A stretch of 64,000 bases of DNA from Squalus acanthias (taxonomy: Eukaryota), in the NCBI GenBank assembly GCA_030390025.1, contig CM059432.1, forward strand, positions 106,146,001 through 106,210,000, read 5' to 3'. A model generated the notes under the pieces. It had not been told where the DNA came from. It saw nothing but the letters and a program-made list of their open reading frames with translations, and ran no database searches. The translations under genes and the position numbers were made by a program. Positions 13,153 through 24,712 of this stretch are shown here, piece by piece; within the stretch, counting starts at the first letter, position 1; every line of letters starts with the position of its first letter.

Positions 13153-13423
13153 GGGCTGGATTTTGATACTGGGGCGGGTTGGGGTCGTGTCATCCACTTT
13201 TCATGTTATCCACCCGACTGCAATTGGATGTGGGAGATTGATGCGATTTTCACCTAATTGGGCAACTGAGTTCCAGCATGTGGGAACCCATGACCCAATT
13301 AGTGTTTTCAGTCTGAAAGTCGCCTCTGATGATGTCATCATTGCTGCTGCATTGAAGGTATTCAGAGACCCTGGCCTTTGCTGTGAGAGGACCTGGATGC
13401 AAAATGAGCAGCAGCAGCCCTAA

Positions 13424-13472
<49 letters not shown>

Positions 13473-13893
13473 CGAGAGCGAGAGAGAGAGACTGCCTTTG
13501 CTGTGAGAGGACCTGAAGGCAAAATGAGTGGCAGCAGCCCTAGGTCTGTTACCAGATATTTTTCCTCATACTAAGACCTGCAACTGATAGTCAGCTTTCG
13601 AAATGTGTTACCACCAGGTTTCACATTCGTGGTTCAGAACAGGCGTGCTTCACGTAGAGCAAGGGTTAAAATCACAAAGGCCTTTCAAAGTGGCATTATA
13701 GAGCCAATTTATTGCTTGTTAAGGGCCTTAACAGCCTATCCCGCCTCTTAAAGGCGGGACGGAGTCGGGACCAGCAGACACGATTTAATGAAAATTGCAT
13801 GGAGGCGGACTTGTGCCCGCCCACCAGTTTTCGCAATTTTAACCCCCCACACGCCTCCAAACCCACCTCCACGGGTCAATGAAAATCCAGCCC
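13153..13893. mobile_element. Non-autonomous TIR element (GGGCTGGATTTT family) with AAA TSD, inside CR1
   Basis: GGGCTGGATTTT ... AAAATCCAGCCC flanked by AAA; removal restores CR1 ORF2 (NKYFGSVFTEED); internal (GT)n(GA)n; inverted relative of 26323-27338. Confidence 0.9.
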
Positions 13894-14603
13894 AAAGTAT
13901 TTGTTTAATTGCTCTGCTATTTCCTTGTTCCCCATTATAAATTCTCCTGTTTCTGACTGTAAGGGACCTACATTTGTCTTCACTAATCTTTTTCTTTTTA
14001 CACACTTGTAGAAGCTTTTACAATCCACTTTTATGTTCCTTGCAAGTTTACTCTCATACTCTATTTTTCTCCTCTTAATCAATCTCTTGGTCCTTTTTTG
14101 CTAAACTCTAAACTGCTCCCAATCCTCAGGCTTGCTACTTTTTCTGGCAACTTTATATGACTCCTCTTTGGACCTAATACTATCCTTAATTTCTTTTGTT
14201 AGCCATGGTTGGGCCGCATTTCCTTTTGTGTTTTTGCGCCAGAAAGGAATGTATAACTGTTGCAATTCTTGCATTCGTTCCTTAAATGTTAGCCATTGCC
14301 GATCCACCGTCATGCCTTTTAATGAAGCTCCCCAATCTATCATAGCCAACTCACTCCTCATACCATCGTAGTTTCCTTTGTCCTTCCTAAATATCAAATA
14401 TCCTTGGATATTCAGCTCCCAGCCTTGGTCACCCTGCAGCCATGTCTCCGTAATCGCAATTATATCATATCCGTTTACATCTATTTGTGCTGTTAATTCG
14501 TCTACCTTATTACGAATGCTTCGTGCATTCAGATACAGTGCCTTTAGATTTGTCTTTTTAACATTTTTAGACATCTTAAAATTTTTTTGTACTATGGCCC
14601 TAT

Positions 14604-15502
14604 GGGGGAAAAATTCAGTGTCGCCCCGTTTGGGGCGCAATTATCGGCTGCGCGCAAAGATTAGCGCCTGGCGCTAATTATCACCTCCGACTGCAAACTT
14701 GACTTTTATCGCCCCTGGAGGTGATTGGAGCGCTAAATCAGGCACTACACATCTGTCTTAAGGCGCAAAGGCCGAGGAGCGAGGCGCTAACTCAGAGCGC
14801 TGGCGAAGCTCATGAGATGTCAGTCAGCAATGGAACACAGACACAATGGCCCCGGCCAGTTCTTAAAGGGGAGGGTTGATCTTGCTTTCCATCCACATCC
14901 TGCTCATTGCAGCCTTGAATCTCGGCCTGGAGAGACCTGTACATCAAATCTGCTGGAAAGAACAATGGAGAGGCCCAGGGAAAGAGCTCAGAGTGCAGCC
15001 CCCACAGTCTCTTCTAAATCGATACAAGGAAGGGCAAATCAAAATGAACCTGCAAAGTGCTGCTCAGTATCCAAAACTCCTTCACACAGCGTTGAATCTC
15101 TCCAGAAGTCTCTCTCTCTCTCTCTCTCTCTCAGAATGCGTGGTTCAAAGATGTCGCCAACAAAAAAAGTCAGGAAGCGGTCGCCTTTAAATAGCGCTCC
15201 CCCAGTCCCTTCCTGACTGCAAAACGCTCCCCTCAACCTGCCGTTGCTTGCGGCAGGCGGTAAGGCAGGGGGCGCCACTCAATATCCGCTCCAGGGCGCT
15301 ACCGGGGCGTTGCGCACTCGACTGACGTCACAATCTGCCGGCACAGGAGATCGTGGCGGTACTGTTTAGCGCCGCCGCGAAATGTCTAGTTAATTTGGCG
15401 AGCGGCGCAAACATCGCCGCGCCCGGGCGCTAGTTGCTTTGCGCCCCATTAGCGTCCTCTTAAGACGCTAACGGGAGGCGCAACCAACTGAATTTTTCCC
15501 CC
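14604..15502. mobile_element. Non-autonomous TIR element with 16-bp perfect TIRs and TAT TSD
   Basis: TAT-GGGGGAAAAATTCAGT ... ACTGAATTTTTCCCCC-TAT. Confidence 0.9.
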
Positions 15503-15807
15503 TATTTGTCTTATTAACGTTTTTTCTTACCCGGACCCTATTTTTTAGTGCACTCCTTTGTTTGTACGCTCTGTCCCTTCCTGACACAATCTGGTTGTCC
15601 TTACCCCAGTCACTTTCCTGCACTGCTTCCTTGTCTTTTCTCTTTAGCATTCTAGATTTCTCTCCACCGGTTACAAAGACATGAGTTTTATCTTAATAAT
15701 TCACTGGAATCAGAAAAAATTCTAGGCTACAAGATGATCTGTAGCTGTGCACATAGGGAGTCAAGATTAAGTATAGTATTCAGATCAAACATAACTAGAG
15801 TGTGGGA

Positions 15808-16030
15808 AGATAATTGGACCATGGCGGAGGAGGAGGACAGGGAGAGGAGAGGAGGAAGGGGGGAGGGAGAAGAGTGGAGAAGGGGGAAGAAAGAGGAATG
15901 AGGAGAAAGAGGGAGAGGGGGAAAGAAAGAGGGAGAGGAGAATGATGGTGGAAGGGGAATGGATAAGGAAAAGAGGGGGAAAGAAATGGGGATAAGAGAG
16001 CAAACCGTCTCAGCAGGGGAAGGGGAAGAG
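15808..16030 (+). repeat. Purine-rich (G/A) low-complexity tract
   Basis: Nearly pure G/A runs; explains the S/P/L-rich ORFs on the minus strand. Confidence 0.85.
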
Positions 16031-18675
16031 AATATCAGCACTGGGGGAAGTGGAAACAGCAAATTATCTATCTCTCAATTGGCATCACCAAAGATAATCA
16101 CCTGGGAGTGGGAATGCAGTAAGCTCCCTTTCCTTCACTGGGCCTGGATTTTTATCCCACTGGGGATGGAGGAAGAAGGTCCCCTTCCTACCATTAGGCA
16201 CAGATTTTCTCAATAACTGGGCAGTTAGTGGGGGAACTCTACTTCCCTAGACTAGGGCCAGCTTTTCATCTCAGCGACGGTGGGGTTTGCATTCCACAGA
16301 GGTCCACTTGTCACTGCTACAGTCTCAAAGTGAAAATCCTGGTATATTGAAATGTCTCCCTAAGTTGTCCAGCAAGGAAATTTGAGAAGAATCAGAGGAA
16401 ATGTAACATTGTCTTAAGCAGAGCACAGGTGGGATGGGGAGAGTTACAGCAGTATGGTGGGAATGAGCCAAGGCACATATGTGGACAGAGATTCCTCACA
16501 GATAATTGGACCATGGCGGAGGTGGAGGACAGGGAGAGGAGAGGAGGAAGAAGGGGGGAGGGAGAAGGTATGCTACTGAGACAACTACAGGTTAAATTTC
16601 AATTAACTTTTTCAATTCCAAGGATTTCAATCCACCTACTAGGCCTTTGGAATGCCATAGGGTCATTAGTGCAAAGCCACCCAATGGCCAGAGTGCTGAA
16701 ATCACTGAAGACTAGAATATTCAGTATTCTATTGCAGGTAATTTGACAGCTTGTAATGTTACTTGACAGAATTAACTAACAGCGTCACCTACATACATAG
16801 CTGGCTGGCATGGAATTGTGACCCATCTACTATTTTTACAAACATACAATAATGACAGACAGAGAAAAAAAGTTATATATAATACATGGATTACATGATA
16901 AATGTATTCAGTGGAGTACTATGAAACTTATGAACAAAACAGTTATTACTGGCTTAAAACTAATTTCTTTGCTGGAAAGTTTAAAAAAATACTGCCAGTC
17001 ATCAACCAATAGACAACAGTCCAGTAAAATTTCCAACTTCAATGGATCAACCAATTAAAATAAATTATATGTATTACACATACAAACATATCACCCCCCC
17101 GTCACGTATACTTCCTCGGTAAATAAAGCGATTACGCAACCTGCTCCCAAGCCTCTGTTTATGAACAGATAATCCTAATCAGACTAGACTGCAGCCCTCT
17201 TGAGGTAGCCACTAGGAAGCATGCAACAGCAATCTAGGGGTATCTTGCTGTCCAAGTTTTCCTCCCTATGAACAAGCACCACACAGGCATCATCAGATGT
17301 TTGCCTCTGGCATGGACTCACTTTGACTCAGCATATTGGTACCACATCATTCTACCATACCATGTTCTCAAAAATATTGCAAACTAGCAATTATATTTTG
17401 CAACAAAGCTCTGAAAAGCTTTTTCTTTCTAGCATACCACTTACCAAACAAAAATCTGGTGGATAAGATGGTATGAGCTGTAGACTTTCCCATGCCATCA
17501 TCAATGGCACAAGACTGTCCATCGAGAACTAATAATACTCACCCAACTGGCAAAAGCAAGTTTGAGTGATACGTATCCCTAGAGGCTTCTGATCTGCTCA
17601 TTGGAAGTCAAGTCAACAACTGCTTCAGCTACTGAACTCACACAATTGTTTGATTTAACAAGCTGTCATTCAATCATACTATTATTTTTATTTCCCCTCA
17701 CCACCCTTTCACATAAGCCACTACTGCACTTCAACAAGCTTCTTCCATCAGCCAAGAGGGCAGTACAGTCTGGCCCAGAAACGATTGTAGAGTTATCATC
17801 AGCTGACTAACAGAAGGTACCAGTCAGATCTGCAGAGCAGGACTTGTCCTGACAATAATTCTTCCCTGAATTAGAAACTGGTTTCCCTAGTTTGCTGTAT
17901 ATAGTGTCTCGCACAAGTATTAGTTAAGCTCACCTGAAGAGGGCAGGCAAGTATAACTAGGCATAGTTAGAATTGGATCTCATTAACCATTACCTAACTG
18001 GAAGACCGCAACACTATTGATAAAAATACTGGCCCCTTCAATTGAGCCATTTTTAAATAAAAGACTTTATTCAGAAATGGGTTTACAGTATAATATATCA
18101 CAGTATACCAGCACTATACAAAGGTTAAATATTTTGAATCTAACTAACTCACCTGCCTGCCCTCTTGTTCGAGGATTGAAACGTGACAGGGGAGAGTAAC
18201 CTAAAGAGGGGAGAAAATAGACTTACAGAAATGGGGGAGAAAATAAAAATACACAGGACTATAAGTTTTCCTTTGGATATCTAGAGCGATATGTCACTAT
18301 CAGAACTATCTTTTGAACTTGTGTTCAAATATTTTGGTTTTCTAGGGAAGAGGTGAAAAAATGTGGAGTTGGTTAAAAAAAATGTTGCTTTACTGAGCAG
18401 CACACTGCATTCTCTTAGCTGTATTACCATGCAGTATTGCAAGTATTTACTATTGGTCACTATGGGGAGACATCAAGCAGAGACCAGGTGCCACCACACA
18501 GGGGGTGGAGGGGAAAAAAAAGAAAAGCCATTACAGACCTCATGGCACCTTCTCAGCCACAGGTGATACATGGTACAAAGGATGCAGAGGGAGAAATAAT
18601 TAGAGGGTAATTACCCTCAAAAACAAAAATGCCTGAACATACAACTAAAAGCATGTTCACCTCTGAATTTAGTAC

Positions 18676-18831
18676 CTGTCTTCAAACAAAGTTGATCAAA
18701 ATCTAAACAGCAGCTGTTATAACTTTTGCACAAATTGTCACAGCGACAGTTGGGTGGGGTTGCCTCTTGCAGTTCAAAACATCTGCCCCTGCATGACCCA
18801 GAAGTAGTAATTCGGGCTGAATCTGAAAGAA
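18676..18831 (-). CDS. ENPP2: ENPP2 exon 3: somatomedin-B domain 1 ([51 protein letters not shown])
   Basis: AG/GT boundaries; 156 nt, phase 1-1; 8-Cys SMB pattern close to mammalian autotaxin. Confidence 0.97.
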
Positions 18832-21800
18832 CTGTGTAAAACAAGAACATAAACATCAGTTAGGGATAGCACTATTTAGTAAGCCAGACAATCCAGAAAA
18901 TTGTTTAAGATTTAATTCCCCAACAAAAAGGTATTATACATATACAGACAACCACAAAAAAGCTTAGAATTCTAATTAACTATGCTATCCCTTGCTATGA
19001 TGTTTGAATATCCATCAAATTAAGAGAGATGGTAATTATGAGAAAGATTAAAATTAGAATGGTGTTACATATCCTCCACAACCAACACTTGTGATGGTAA
19101 CTAAAATTAAGTGGCAAGTAGAGGCAGGCGATAGCCATCATAAAACTTTGGGTGAGGCATTAACTGATTTCACAGATGTCAAGAAAGTAAACTCTAGCCA
19201 TAATGCAAGAGCCATTTAATGATCAAACAAAAAATGGTTTTGATTAAAAAATTATCAAAACAACAGAAGATTTTGGCCAAAGCAGATCTCACATGCTGTG
19301 TGTTCATTCGAAAGGCTGTTCTGCCTCAAATGTGCTTGAAAAGTTGAAAGGAAGAAAAAAAAAGCTCTTCTTTAAAGATCCATCCCTATGGAACCGTAAC
19401 TAACTCTATCAGGGTCATGCACTCGCCCTCCACAAAAACAAAACAAATACTTGCAGGAAACCGGCAATATTGCTTCCAATTTGGACTCTCTCCAAAAAAG
19501 GCACAGCTTATCACAGCAGACCACAGAACGAAGAGGCAGAGCAGATGGTCTGTTTAGGAAAGCTTCAAATCTATTGTGTTGTGAAAGCACAACAGATATT
19601 TTAAAAACAATAAAAAGTACTAATTTTGAAGGCAACTTGAGGCATGCATACATAGATAGGTAGCATAAAATCTGTGTACAATTTGCAGCCTCCTGCAGCT
19701 TTTTTGTGTCCTCTGAATTACAGGGATGTGGTTGACACTGTAAAGACAACATTAAAGTAGAACTGTGGTACTGTACAATGTTTTTGCGATAAAGGCTATT
19801 TGAATTTCATTATTTTTTAATTTATTCTCAACGTCAGGTATTTAGAAATGTATCCTAATTATATTAACTTGTGATAAAATAGTAATATAATGAAAAGATT
19901 TCATGTATTTCTGTAGTTAGTTTAATCTGGATAGCAATTATTATAATTTACGTTTGTGACAGTTTAATGAAATAAATGAACAATAATGGTTATCTAGGAA
20001 TAATCTCATTGGCAACCTCAGATAACACCGGAAACTGCAAAAGTGAATCTTCAGCTGTTTTTTTACATCTGAATAGTGAGATGATATTACTGCCGTACAA
20101 TAACTCCAAGATTTTTTTCTAATTTATACTATTAAATTAATGGGGCAGTTATAGTTCATTTCTGTTTTTTCCCATAATGGACATTATGGCAGATATCAAC
20201 GGCCAGGAAGCTCCATGTAGTCGATATATGATGACATCTCGAATGAATGATTAACAACAGTGATGCAATGCCTGAGAGTTGATTGAGTAATAATCTAAAC
20301 CTGATTACCAGAAAAAACACAAACACTGTCATTATATGTTACACTATTTAACTGTTTGGTGGTTGTCATTCCTGAATTAATTTAGACCTTTTTATATTGT
20401 TTCTCAGAAATATTTCCCCAGTAATGTGTTTAATTTGTTTCAGATTTTAAAATGAGCACACTATCAAAACATAATAATTAATTTATACAGTAAATGTTTC
20501 ACTATAAACTTTTTCCAACTTCATGCAAAAGTAATCTGAATTCCATTTACTTATTAAAGTTTTTTTCTTAACTGATAATTTGAATATGTACTTCAGAATT
20601 CAACTGAAGTCAAAAATTGGAAATCAAATTATAGTTTATTTTCTAGTTATTACAAACTATTTGGTTATAAAATTGATTTTTATTTATCTGAACATTATTT
20701 GCACACAGTTCACTGACTGGAACAGATTAATGATCAATTCACCAATTTTAATATTGAAAATGTTTTTCAAAATATAGGTTTTTTTTCAAAATATACCACT
20801 TATTCCTCACAAGAACAAGCACATTTTTATACAAAGATTACTTTTATCAGGAATTTATCTTTACATTATTACTAATCAGACTAAATTTTGCACATAATGT
20901 AAAATGCTCACATCACTTCAGCTTAGCGATGAGTGACTCATAGAGCACAGTACAGGGTGCTACATTTCAAAAGCTGAAGCACACAGAGATTTGACAGTTA
21001 CATAATTTATGCAAAACAAAAGGATGAATGATTACATTAGATCGGCAGGATGCATTTAAAATAAGGATTTTTGTAATTGGTAACAAAACAGTTTGCTCTT
21101 GACTTGAATTTATTGTCATATAAAAATAAAAGGGCAATAATTTATACGCAGAACATACCAGCTCCAAGTGCCGTAGCCAGTTGAAAGTTCTGGACATGGT
21201 GTAAAAATTTAACTTCTATGTTTTCAATAGCTGAATAAATAAATGTCTCTAAAATTAAATCTAAAACTTTTAAAATCTGGTTACAGTTCTAAACTATGGT
21301 CTGCGTTCTAACACTAGGTACATTAAAGCAGCCCCACTGTTGTAGTCTCTCTCAGTTTTACTGTTGGTGTTGGAATAAATATTTCTAGCTCCTTCAATTG
21401 CATTAGTTCACACTCAAATTCATAACACTGCTCAGTTGTTCTTCACTCAAGCATTCAGGAATAATGTAGAGAGAATAAGTTTAATGCCCCAGCCTGCTCA
21501 CTGAGAAGAGGTTGATTCTTCTTTGGAAATAGGCACCAGGCTCAGTGTCCACACCATAACATACAAACAATATCTGCATTCTAAAACACTATATAGACGC
21601 ATTACATGTTAAAGATAACAGCAATTAAACTCCCATTTAATAAGCCTGGTTTAGTGTCATTGTAAATTACTCTCATTTTGTTAGATAAATATAATCTCCA
21701 TTGACTAACAGGTAGACAGATAAATTATTATAGTTGTTCCAGTTTTTTTCCCAGAACTCAATGAGCCCACAATTAGATTGCAGTGTTTAGTACATTTGCC

Positions 21801-22364
21801 GTAGTCACTGAACCTTCCCATTGAATGATCAGAACACTCCAGGTTCTATAACATGATCAAAACTATAGTGATTGTATGTGTAAATTGGGCAATAATTAAT
21901 ACTAAGGCATATATTTATCACCGTGTTTAACAAACAATGCGACTTTTCTGGCACGCAGTGCTAAAATGGGCCTTGATATGCTAACATGTGAGTAAAGGTG
22001 TCTTGCCTGTCTCCGCATCGTTTAGTGTCAAATTATGGCTGGACTACATTGCCTGTGATAATCAGGAAAATAATGAAAGGTGCTGAAACAAACTGATACA
22101 TAGACCATCAGAATACGGTTTCCTCCTCATCTATAATCTAATGCATAGTTTGAAGATCTTTTGCATTTGTGTCAACTCAAAACGTTAGAAGTGGACGGTC
22201 AGCAAGGCAAGGAGCCTAGAACCCTGTACTGGGCACTGAATAAATCATAACACAAAGAGCTTTAGGATCCGGTCACTGTTACAGCATCCGTCCAACCTAA
22301 TATTCTCTGTGCTGAATCTTGTAAACAAACGCCGACCATCGATAAACAATGAAAAATAAAGTAC

Positions 22365-22461
22365 CTTCACGATTGTTTGTGTCTCCAGATCTTTGCAAGC
22401 GGCGCAAGCCAAATCCTTGGCAAACATTTACCCCGGCTACGAAAGTCAACAGTGAAATTAT
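22365..22461 (-). CDS. ENPP2: ENPP2 exon 2: signal peptide and propeptide (IISLLTFVAGVNVCQGFGLRRLQRSGDTNNRE)
   Basis: tttacag acceptor and GAAG|GTACTT donor; 97 nt, phase 0 to 1; matches human IISLFTFAVGVNICLGF. Confidence 0.92.
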
Positions 22462-22746
22462 CTGTAAACAAGATTTGTTTTAATAGATATAAAGAAAAGA
22501 ATAACGATTTAGCAGTGTCAGTATGCTGAGAAGTTCGTAAATCTTTCATTTTAACTCTTAGACTATATGCGGCCAAAATTGAGCTGGACAGCAATGTTGC
22601 CAAACAATGCACCGTGTACTGGGACACAACACGCTTTCAGAAACACAACCCGAAACCCGTAGCGGATCGACTGGAGAACAAATGCTTCATCGGGCACGGT
22701 TATCTTGGGGACTGTTTTCAGGCCCGCTACACCATCTCATACATAC

Positions 22747-22779
22747 CTGGGACAACTGCGCGCCAGTGTTCTTCGACAT
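22747..22779 (-). CDS. ENPP2: ENPP2/autotaxin coding exon 1 (MSKNTGAQLSQ)
   Basis: ACAACC-ATG Kozak context; 33 nt, 11 codons as in human exon 1 (MARRSSFQSCQ); CAG|GTATGT donor, phase 0; CpG-rich surroundings. Confidence 0.88.
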
Positions 22780-23420
22780 GGTTGTGAACAGGGCGGTGCA
22801 GTCCAGTGAAGAGGCTCCCGCTCGCAGCTCTCTCCCTGCACTGAGCTCGCACTGATCCCACCTGTTCAGGTTGTCAATCTCAGCCCTCCTTGCCTCTGTC
22901 TCTCTCTCTCTCTACTTCAACATGTCTCACTTTGAACGGCAGATGGCTTTTTTTTGACGGATTCCACCTTGTTAACTAAAACAGAAACTTGCCACGTTGT
23001 GGCGCAAAGCTAATTTTTTTCCTCAAAAAAACAGCACGTGGATCCTCCCTGTCTTTTGTGTATTTTATTTGAGCTTGGGAGGATCTCAACTGTTGAACCA
23101 GCTAAACGCCGCCACTGTTGTTTTTCAAAGGCATGTTGTTCAGTAGCAAATAGTGGGCTCTTTGTCTAGAGAAGAGGCAAGCCGAGCTGTGTGATGTACA
23201 GCTGCCCCCGTTACCAGATCTCTTTTAAAACGGCGTGTGTTTAGTAAGAGTGCGTTTGTGCCAGCTTCCTGTCTGGCAGCTTTCTCCATTCCCCCGCCCC
23301 CCACCCCCCGTTCTCAGAGATTATAAAGATGACAAAATACAGCCTGTCGCAATCGTTTGGTCTGAGAGCGTCCACACACACAAAAAATCTAATGCTAGTT
23401 AGTAAACATCAAGTAAAACT
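22780..23420 (-). promoter_or_regulatory. ENPP2: ENPP2 5' UTR and proximal promoter region
   Basis: Immediately upstream of exon 1 ATG; repeat-free and CpG-rich. Motifs: CTTTGAA (TCF/LEF-like, 22930), CAGATG (22940), CACGTG (23035), GC box (23291), GTAAACA forkhead (23402). TSS not determinable. Confidence 0.6.
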
Positions 23421-23633
23421 GTAAACCGACTTCAGTCCACTGCACAGTTTTAAGGGTAAGATTGTTTCCTTTTCTAACGCCCTCTGTCGAAACCTTTCCC
23501 GGCTACCTGAGTGATAAGAACATCTTGAGAGTGCAACGTTGCGCACAAAGCCTCATTTCACTCATATCTTGAACAGCTATTTTGTGTGAACAGGAAAACA
23601 CTAGAACTTTGTACTTGAGAAAAACAGGGTGAC

Positions 23634-23660
23634 TGTGCGTGCGTGCGTGCGTGCGTGCAC
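23634..23660. repeat. (GCGT)n microsatellite upstream of ENPP2
   Basis: tgtgcgtgcgtgcgtgcgtgcgtgcac. Confidence 0.9.
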
Positions 23661-24360
23661 TTTAAATAAAAGGCCAGAGGAAAGAAATATATTTTCAGAA
23701 GAATGTTATCACAGGTTGTATTGAACAGTCGGTTAAACATGTTTAAAAAGAGATACGCATAGGTATCCTTTGGTCTCCAGTCAGTAGAGGCATCACAGTG
23801 TAATACTGAGCCAGCAGTGGCAAATCTGTGAAAGTTCAAGAACCAGAAGAAAATATGTTTATCCCAAGAAAGCCACAAGTTTTCAGGCTCTTTTATATTA
23901 CAGCTTGGGGACTGGTAGAATGAGACCAAAGTGGATTTCTGCTGCTGCGGGCTCTAAAGAGTTTGATTCATGTGTGTCCAGGACTGGCGCGCACACAGTG
24001 TAAGGGTTCTGCATCTGCAGTTCATGTCACCCCCACTACCGTAAAAGTACCCTTAAATTAAAATATATTGCAAGGTATACTAGTATGGATATTCTTTGGT
24101 GTAACCCATGCCACATTGTTACTGAGTAGACTTACCACAATAAAATTCTAATCATTTATAAATAATGGCTATTAATTTCCAAGAACTGTTACAATCTCAG
24201 TAACAGTAGGATTAACAATAAGAAACACAATTCTCTAATTTCTGATAATAAATCATAAAACACCACCACTACTAGCAGTAATTACTGGTTTGCTCAATGA
24301 TATCCTTGCCTAATTACAGCATTAGTATGCTTGTATTGCAAAAGGTACAGCCAGGCACAT

Positions 24361-24577
24361 GAAAGCAAATACTGCAAATGCTGGAAACCTGAAACAAAAA
24401 CAGAAAGTGCTGTAAACACTCAGCAAGTCAGGCGGAATCTGTAAAGAAAGGACAAGGATTGACGTTTCAGGCATAGTACTTAATCTGATGTACTGATGAA
24501 GGGCTATGCTAAAACATCAACATTTTCCCTTTCTTTACAGATGCTGCCTGAGTTGCTGAGTGTTTCCAGCACTTTCT
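24361..24577. mobile_element. Penelope-like inverted pLTR relic with two decayed hammerhead cores
   Basis: Imperfect inverted arms (AGAAAGTGCTG...CTCAGCAA / TTGCTGAG...CAGCACTTTCT); CTGATGAAGGG at 24493 and GAAACGTC on the minus strand. Confidence 0.65.
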
Positions 24578-24712
24578 AAAGGGAATTGGAAAAATACTTG
24601 CAAAGGAGAAATTTGCAGGGCTATGAGGAAAGAGCAGGGGTGTAACTAATTAGATGGATTTTTCAAATAGGCAGCACAGGGTTGAATGGCCTCCTTCTGT
24701 GCTGTAAGATTC
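24578..24712 (+). mobile_element. CR1 3' UTR fragment
   Basis: AAAGGGAATTGG...GGGTTGAATGGCCTCCTTCTGTGCTGTAAGATTC. Confidence 0.7.

Larger units (their letters stand above)
11428..15670 (-). mobile_element. CR1 LINE: endonuclease and RT ORF2 with stops, an internal deletion and two TIR insertions
   Basis: YLNARSIRNK...ITETW endonuclease; KSPGPD, YRPVSLTS, LDFQKAFDKVPH, FADD; CATAGAAA tail repeats at 11428. Confidence 0.95.

Noticed and set aside
15727..16062. Ser/Pro/Leu-rich ORFs
   Set aside because: Translation of a purine-rich low-complexity tract
23320..23327. TATA-like TTATAAA
   Set aside because: More than 500 bp from the ATG and better matched on the opposite strand; cannot be tied to a TSS
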